DNA of 64,000 bases, from NCBI GenBank assembly GCA_051362555.1, contig CM120641.1:4774001-4838000 (forward strand). The letters run 5' to 3'. Positions within the stretch are counted from its first letter, which is position 1, and every line of letters starts with the position of its first letter. This DNA is from Lingula anatina. Lineage: Eukaryota > Animalia > Brachiopoda. The notes below the pieces were generated by a model. The model was given only the letters and a program-made list of their open reading frames with translations, made no database searches and was not told the DNA's origin. A program made the translations under genes and the position numbers. Below are positions 57,307 through 64,000 of the stretch, piece by piece.

Positions 57307-57851
57307 CCGTCTGTGTAGGCCTACTGTTTTCACTATTTTGCGGAGCTCCTTGAAGCTAAGAGGAGGACACATATACCTTCTACCCCTGGGTGTAGGCCTA
57401 CCATTGCTCTAATGTGTCACCCACATCTTGTAGGTAATTAGGGCCTACACAGTTCTCAAATTTTCCCTATTTTCCCCTACCTTATGTCTTTTTTTCTAAC
57501 ACGAATCACTATTTAATCTATTAAAAATGATAAAAAGAACAAGTGTGTTGTCATGATGAAGCCTGTAGTCATCTTTGAAGTCATCTCTTAAAAATAGAAC
57601 AACCATCTCTGAAGCCCTATACTAACCCCACTGAGCTCATGAATTCCATTATAAAGAGGTGACTTCAGGAATGAGTAGGCTTACCGGTTTCGTCATGACA
57701 ACGCACTTATTCACAGTTCTCGTATTTTGATTCATTTGTTGCAGAAATCTGAAAAGCAATGTTCTGAAGAACGAACAGTCGTCTTTGAGGGCGAATACTA
57801 ACCCTGTTGAGTACATGCGGAACGATTTTGAGTGCGCAATGCAGAAAAGAA

Positions 57852-57916
57852 TCAACCCCTAATAATCTGAAACAAATCCGTCAAGCTCTGCTGGAAGAAC
57901 AAAAAAAAAATAAATA

Positions 57917-57959
<43 letters not shown>

Positions 57960-58254
57960 TAAAAAAATAAAAAAAAAACAGACCTGTAACCCTTGTTGGA
58001 GGAAGGCCGCGCTGCCAACAGGAGCTAATTGCAGTACACCGTAGATGCACACGCTAATAGACACGTATCTTTTAAAAAATAAATAATAATATTAACATTA
58101 TTTGAAGCATTGCAACCTAAAGATAAATGACTTTGAATAAAAAATCATAAAGTAAAATATTTACACAAAACAAAAGATTTAATAAGGATTAAATTGAGCT
58201 AAAAAAAAACACAGGCCTGTAAAAGTTTGTTGCAGAAAACGACAAGAACTGCAT
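57852..58254 (-). CDS. Hypothetical 53-aa secreted peptide precursor ending in Gly-stop
   Basis: Putative exons 58254-58217, 58068-57984, 57890-57852 with matching phases. First donor is non-canonical (AG|GCCTGT). Confidence 0.3.
57911..57960. repeat. (TAA)n microsatellite
   Basis: Directly visible. Confidence 0.95.
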
Positions 58255-58314
58255 CTTGCAAAACGACAGAAATATCAGAAAATGGATAGGCACAAGAATT
58301 TAGAAAATAAATTC

Positions 58315-58687
58315 TAAAGGGAACCGGAGAAGATCAGCATTGGTCAGAATTGTGCCGGAAGTGACGTGCAGTGGTGTTAGAAACGAAGCTGAGTGGTCAT
58401 TTTAACATAGAGGTGAACGGCAGTGAAGACGGGTTGTCGGAGGAAAAAGAAGTTTTCTAAACAACATGGTAAGATAACTCTCTTTTTTTACGCATTTTGC
58501 GCAGAGAAAACTTGTAGAAATAATAAATGCATGATATGAAAACGTGACACGGAACTTGAAGGTGCAAAATCGTGCTTAATTTGCGGTCAACTTGTTTAGA
58601 AATAAATGCTGCGTCGACCGCCAGCGCGACAAAAAGCGTAAAGGGGAAATAATTCCCGGGAGTCTATAAATCGTTGTCATGTGGAAA
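58315..58687 (+). promoter_or_regulatory. Promoter plus first exon ending in ATG|GTAAG (copy 1)
   Basis: ATTGG, ETS-CRE composite CCGGAAGTGACGTG, aacaacATG|GTAAG at 58466-58473; duplicated at 61503-61874. Confidence 0.65.
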
Positions 58688-59089
58688 TTTGGCATTAATA
58701 TAATCCGATATGTCCATATCTAAGTATTTTTGGGTGTTTTATGGTATGGGCTGCAATTACAACGATGTTTTAGAGGTCTTGAAGGACCTTGTGAAAACAA
58801 GGAAGTAGTTCGTAACTAACAAGTGAAATGTACCGATCTCCGACTGCTGTGCACAGCTGTATCTTTTTTTTCAATATATTGACGAATTTTTGTCACAGGA
58901 CAAATAAAACATTTCACTGACAAGATCTTCCCCAAAAGACAAAAAGAGAATTCAGGTGAGCTGACAGGTAATTAAGACTAGCTCAAAGTACTAATAATTG
59001 ACATTATTATGCAATACTCAGTTGGTAAAACGATTCTCACAGGTAGATAAGATGTAACATGACCAAAAGGGTACCAAAAGAACCTTGCA

Positions 59090-59985
59090 GCAATAACAAA
59101 TAAAAATCTCGTATTATTAAAATCGAAAAACAAATTAACGAAACTTTTTTACCCGAAATTTATTTCAGATAAGGAAGCAATACCTTTTAACATCCATGAT
59201 AAGTGGAGGGAAAAGCTGAACATTGATTTTTCAAGTGAAAAGTGGAAGCTAGTTCATTCATTGCCCTTTCGAGAAACAAATGATCATAAACTTCTCACAT
59301 TGCAATTTAGAATTTTAAATAGAATTTATTTTACGAATTCGATGCTTTTTAAATATAATATGTTAGAACATGAGCGATGCACTTTCTGTAATGACCCAAA
59401 AGAAACTTTATTGCATATTTTCTGGGACTGTACATATGTTCAAGCTATTTGGACTTGTCTCATTCAGAACCTACGTACACAGTACTCTGTTGAATTACAA
59501 CAACAACCATGCCTGTTTATATTTGGAATCCTGGACGACAGCCCTCTCTTAGGTATTAATCTACTACTTCTCTATATAAAGAAATATTTCACTCTATGTA
59601 GACAGAATAAAATTACACCTCTTTGGAATGCCTGCAAAAAGTATTTGGAAAAGCAAAAGAAAATAGATTTTCACTCTTTATACCTACTGGGTCCTCAAAA
59701 GGCAGATAATCTAAGAAATAAATGGGACAGTATAGAAAAAATATTGACATGAATAGAAAAGAACATTTGTGGTAGCCTAAGCCTACTCAGATTCTATTAT
59801 CTAAAAAAAAAAAATCTACCTGTATTTTTAATCAACATTTGTAAGAACTTTGTCTGCAGTGTGTGAATGGTGTGTGGAAGGTGTTTCTGTCTCTTATTGT
59901 GTTGTAAGTGTCTTGTATTAATTTTCGTGAATAAAAAAAAAACGTTACAAAAAAAATAATAATAATAAAATAAAATAAAATAAAA
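59090..59985 (+). mobile_element. 5'-truncated L1/Tx1-type LINE: ORF2 C-terminal CCHC zinc finger, 3'UTR and A-rich tail
   Basis: LQFRILNRI..N..L....CTFC....ETLLHIFWDC..VQ.IW; KW near stop at 59752; AATAAA plus A-rich run ~59930-59985. Confidence 0.85.
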
Positions 59986-61247
59986 CGTAAATAAGAGGCA
60001 AACCTTCCCTCGAACTTGATACATTGGTATGAAAGCTGAATCTATAAATATTGTGAGCTTCTTAACAGCACGTGTGTGGATATATAAAGTCCACATCCGC
60101 GACTTAACAGTAATAGCAGTAACAGCTAGCAGTAGAGATACAGCTTATTTCTCACAGCTATTCAAGAAGCATAGAAGAAAGGCTAAATCAGAGAAAAACA
60201 CAGTTTTGCATTATCACCGTGTTCTAGATCCTTCCAGAAATTATGTATAAAGAAATCATTTGATAGGAAAGAATAAAACGCCATATTTAACCGGATTCTG
60301 GACTCGTGTTGATCAATTATATATTACCATCGCAAACAACAACAAAACAGTGGTAATACCGGTACTGTGTTGAAATTGATTTGGCGATTCACTCTTTTAT
60401 CTGTCGTTAAATTCACCAAAGGTGTGATCACATTAGCAAATGCCCCGTGTTGACAGATGGTTTCAAAGCAGTAAATAGTCAGTGTAAGTATTCGCCGAGT
60501 ATTACCGAACAGTGATTATAAGATGTAAAAAATAACTCTATGTAAGGAATGTCATACAATGATTTCCGTTCTGATTAAATAATTGTCAAAATTTGTTAGA
60601 TTTAAATAAAATAACTTTTCAAATATGTTTATTTTTTAAAAAAATGGAGAAAAACCTGGCACCTATGGAAAATGTGAGACAAATATGAAACGATACAACG
60701 TTTTAACACTGAGTTTCAAAAGTCAAAAGCCAATTATATATATTTCAAAGTTCAATAACTTCAGCAGTTCAGGTTTTCGATACATTATTATTGCTCAACC
60801 CTGAAAATTTCAGGTGTTAAAGTGAAGCAGATTTGATATTACATCAATGAAAAGGTGTCAAAACTAAGAAAGGTAGTCATGAAATTTTTAGCATTTATTA
60901 AAAAAAAAAAAACATTTTACCAAAATATCCCAGATTTTATTACAATTTCTTTAAATCTGTTGAAACTATTGAATTTTGACATTTGTAATCTTTTTAGCCA
61001 CCCGATGAATGACGTAAAATTGGTGTTTTGAACGTAAGTCAAGTGAAAAAAAACTTCCTGGTCTAAGCTGTGGGTCGACATTTCTCCCAAGCGTAATCAA
61101 TACCGGATGTAAATTACTCGACTAAGCCACGCCTCCAGTGATAAGGACCATTGCCATGTGGGAGAGGAGGGGGGGGGGGGGGGGTCAAAGTTATTATAAG
61201 CCGATCATCAGTGCGGTAACAGGTCATAAGTCTTACATCAGTTAACA

Positions 61248-61430
61248 TCCCCTTCTACACTGAACGGCGGCCCTAGTGCGTCCCTTGTACGACCATGAAA
61301 CTGGCCAGTTTGCCGCTGGACGCTCAAAGAACGCACGGTGATCGTTGAGATCGCACACATACAGTCAAGCGTCTCCGTGGACGCCATAGTCGCTGCAAAA
61401 TTTTGAACATGTTCAAAACAATCGCAGGGG
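61248..61430. mobile_element. Possible PIF/Harbinger-like non-autonomous relic
   Basis: ccccttctacactg start, GC-rich interior, 18-bp palindrome TTTTGAACATGTTCAAAA at 61401-61418. Confidence 0.35.
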
Positions 61431-61502
61431 CATTTTTCAACAGAGGCAGCCTGTCAGGACATCTGAGGGTAACGGCTACTAGTGGTCTCAAACCTGGCCC
61501 AA

Positions 61503-61874
61503 TAAAGGGAACCGGAGAAGATCAGCATTGGTCAGAATTGTGCCGGAAGTGACGTGCAGTGGTGTTAGAAACGAAGCTGAGTGGTCATTTTAACATAGAG
61601 GTGAACGGCAGTGAAGACGGGTTGTCGGAGGAAAAAAAGTTTTCTAAACAACATGGTAAGATAACACTTTTTCTTTACGCATTTTGGGCAGAGAAAACTT
61701 GTAGAAATAATAAATGCATGATATGAAAACGTGACACGGAACTTGAAGGTGCAAAATCGTGCTTAATTGGCGGTCAACTTGTTTTAAAATGAATGCTGCA
61801 TCGACCGCCATTGCGGCAAAGAGTGTAAATGGAAAATAATTCCCGGGAGGCTGTAAATCGTTGCCATGTGGAAA
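61503..61874 (+). repeat. Direct duplicate (copy 2) of promoter/first exon 58315-58687
   Basis: First ~134 bp identical, divergence rising 3'; ATG|GTAAG at 61653-61660. Confidence 0.95.
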
Positions 61875-64000
61875 CATTGAGAGAACAATTCTAGCATATC
61901 CAGAGCTGCATTCAATGACTCTCTATCATCTGCTAGATGAAGCGTAGAGTCATCTGCGTATTGTGTAATGACGTATTCTGAGTTATTCAGTAAGATCCCT
62001 TTTATGTTTTGATCAAATTTGACCGCCGCGCTGAGCAATTCTATGCAGATAATAAATATGTAAGGGGACAGAGGATCACCCTGTCTAACACCCCGAGTGA
62101 CATTAAAGAATTCTGTTAGATGTCCATTATTTTCCACTGCAGTGGAAACATTAAAGTAAAGGGTTTTGAACCAGTTTTAAATATCTTCACTAAAATGAAA
62201 AAAATTTAAGACACTGCAAAATATATGCCCACTCTACAGAATCAAAAGCTTTTTCGAAATCTAGCATTAGCAAAATTCCTGAAATGTCATCTTTTTCTGT
62301 TTTATGGATGATATCTTGAATAGTTCTGGAACATTCGCCTATATAGCGACCTTTAACAAATCCAGCCTGTGTAAAAGAGATGATATCGTCAATGTGTAAT
62401 TGGATTCTGGCTGCTATGCAAGCAGAAGCAAGTTTGTAATCAACGTTCAGCAAAGTAATTGGACGCCAATTCTTAAGGAATACTTTCTCCTTCCCCTCCT
62501 TTGGTATACACTTGATTATACCTTGGCGTTGAGATGTAGACATTGACTGTACTTCAAAGGATTTATTCAGTGACCTAAGCAGAGGCTCTTTGAGATCAGT
62601 CCAAAAGAATTTATTAAATTCTACCGTATAGCCATCTAAACCAGTAGATTTTCCATTCTTCATTTTCTTAAGTACTTTGAGACATTCTGTTTGGGACAGA
62701 GAGCCATTCATAGTAATCTTTTTTTCTTCTGGAAGTTTTTTAATAAATGGGTTTTCGTCACTGAAAAAGGTATAACTATGGACGTTATCCATTAGAGTGT
62801 CTTTTGATTGGTAGAAATCGCTATAGTAGCTTTTTTGTTCTTTTAAGATATCGTGGATATTTGTTATTTCTTTTCCGTCCTTCCTCCTCAATTTAGATAT
62901 TGATTTCTCACAATAATTCCTTTTTTCTAAATTAAGAAAATATTTTGAACTTTTTTCTCCTTCTACTTTCCATTTTGCTTTTGCCCTTAAAATAATCCCC
63001 TCAATTTTTTTGTCACGTATACTTTTTAATTCATCTTCTTTTCCCTGAATTGCCAACCGAATAGTCTCATCATCCCTGTTGTTTAGAGAGCCATATAATT
63101 TGTTCAATTCTTCACTTATTATTTTTTTCTTCTTTTTCTGCTTCTCTCTTTTTAAAGGATGCGTACTTAATCGTTTCACCTCTAATACTAAATTTTAAGG
63201 TTTCTCAGAGCAAACAATCGTCAATATTAAATTCTGCCATTTCCACGTTTTCATTATCGTCTGTCCTGTACTGCTTTATCACTTCTTTTATGTTTTTTTA
63301 AATTAAGTCTACATAATTCCAATCGCCTAACAGACTGTTGTTGAATTTCCACGTCCCCCTTCCTCTCTCAATTTGAATAAAATTAATCTCCATGTTTACT
63401 GGGGAGTGGTCTGATTTATAAGCAAAATCCATGCCAGCAGCTACAGCTATGTCTTGTAAATCAGAAGAAATAAAAAAAATAGTCAAGTCTGCTTTTTTTC
63501 TTATTTGGTCCAAACCACGTAAATTTTCTACATTCCGCATTCATTTCTCGCCAAATATCAATTAAATCCAAACTGTCCATTATGCGGACAATTTCTCGAT
63601 TTGCCTTTGTGTTGTTGTTGTGTAGGTAATTATCGGTGTCAGTTATGTAATCAAGTAGGACGTTCCAGTCACCCCCAAGTATTATCGAGGTATTTCCAAT
63701 TACTTCAATTTTATTTTGAATCTCCTTAAAGAAAAACGGATCGTCATTGCTTGGTCCATAAATAGCACCTAGCGTGAGTCTCGTACCCCGAATTTCAATG
63801 TCTAGTAATAGGTAACTACCTCTAAGATCTTTAATCTCTTTGTGGATTTTAAAGTCAAAGGAAGATTTGAATAAGATGCCAACACCTCTTTTATAACTAG
63901 TTAGTGAACAAAAAACCGCGTCCCCACCCCATTCATTTTTCCACAAGCTTTCGTTTATCTTCTCACTGTGAGTATCAATCAATATAGCGATGTCATATTT
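61875..64000 (-). mobile_element. L1/Tx1-clade LINE ORF2 (APE endonuclease plus RT), frameshifted and 3'-truncated shortly after YADD; continues beyond the window
   Basis: GVGILF, IYGPS, ILGGDWN, SRLDYF, SDHSPV, WKFNNSLL, KSTGLDG, NWRPITLLNVDYK, DFEKAFDSV, GVRQGDPLSP, QYADD across four broken ORFs. Confidence 0.93.

Overview
AT-rich, intron-containing animal genomic DNA. A Dmbx gene and the TE families suggest a marine invertebrate, probably a lophotrochozoan (inference). Genes in order: last exon of an amino-acid transporter (+); a 7-exon GH18 chitinase with a hydrophobic tail (-); a small Pro/Tyr/Gly-rich protein with a glycine zipper and poly-His tail (+); the K50 paired-like homeobox gene Dmbx (-); an ENPEP-like M1 aminopeptidase (-); METAP1 (-) head-to-head with class III ADH/ADH5 (+), with only 50 bp between the start codons; and ATF4 (-) with the mammalian-type uORF1 plus overlapping uORF2 leader. 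After ATF4 come a divergent spliced non-coding candidate, a possible amidated-peptide micro-gene, a duplicated ETS-CRE promoter with an ATG-only exon, and L1/Tx1-type LINE pieces. Several MITEs, nested DNA-transposon relics and microsatellites are present. Exon boundaries were read by eye from splice consensus and phase continuity; no database search was run.
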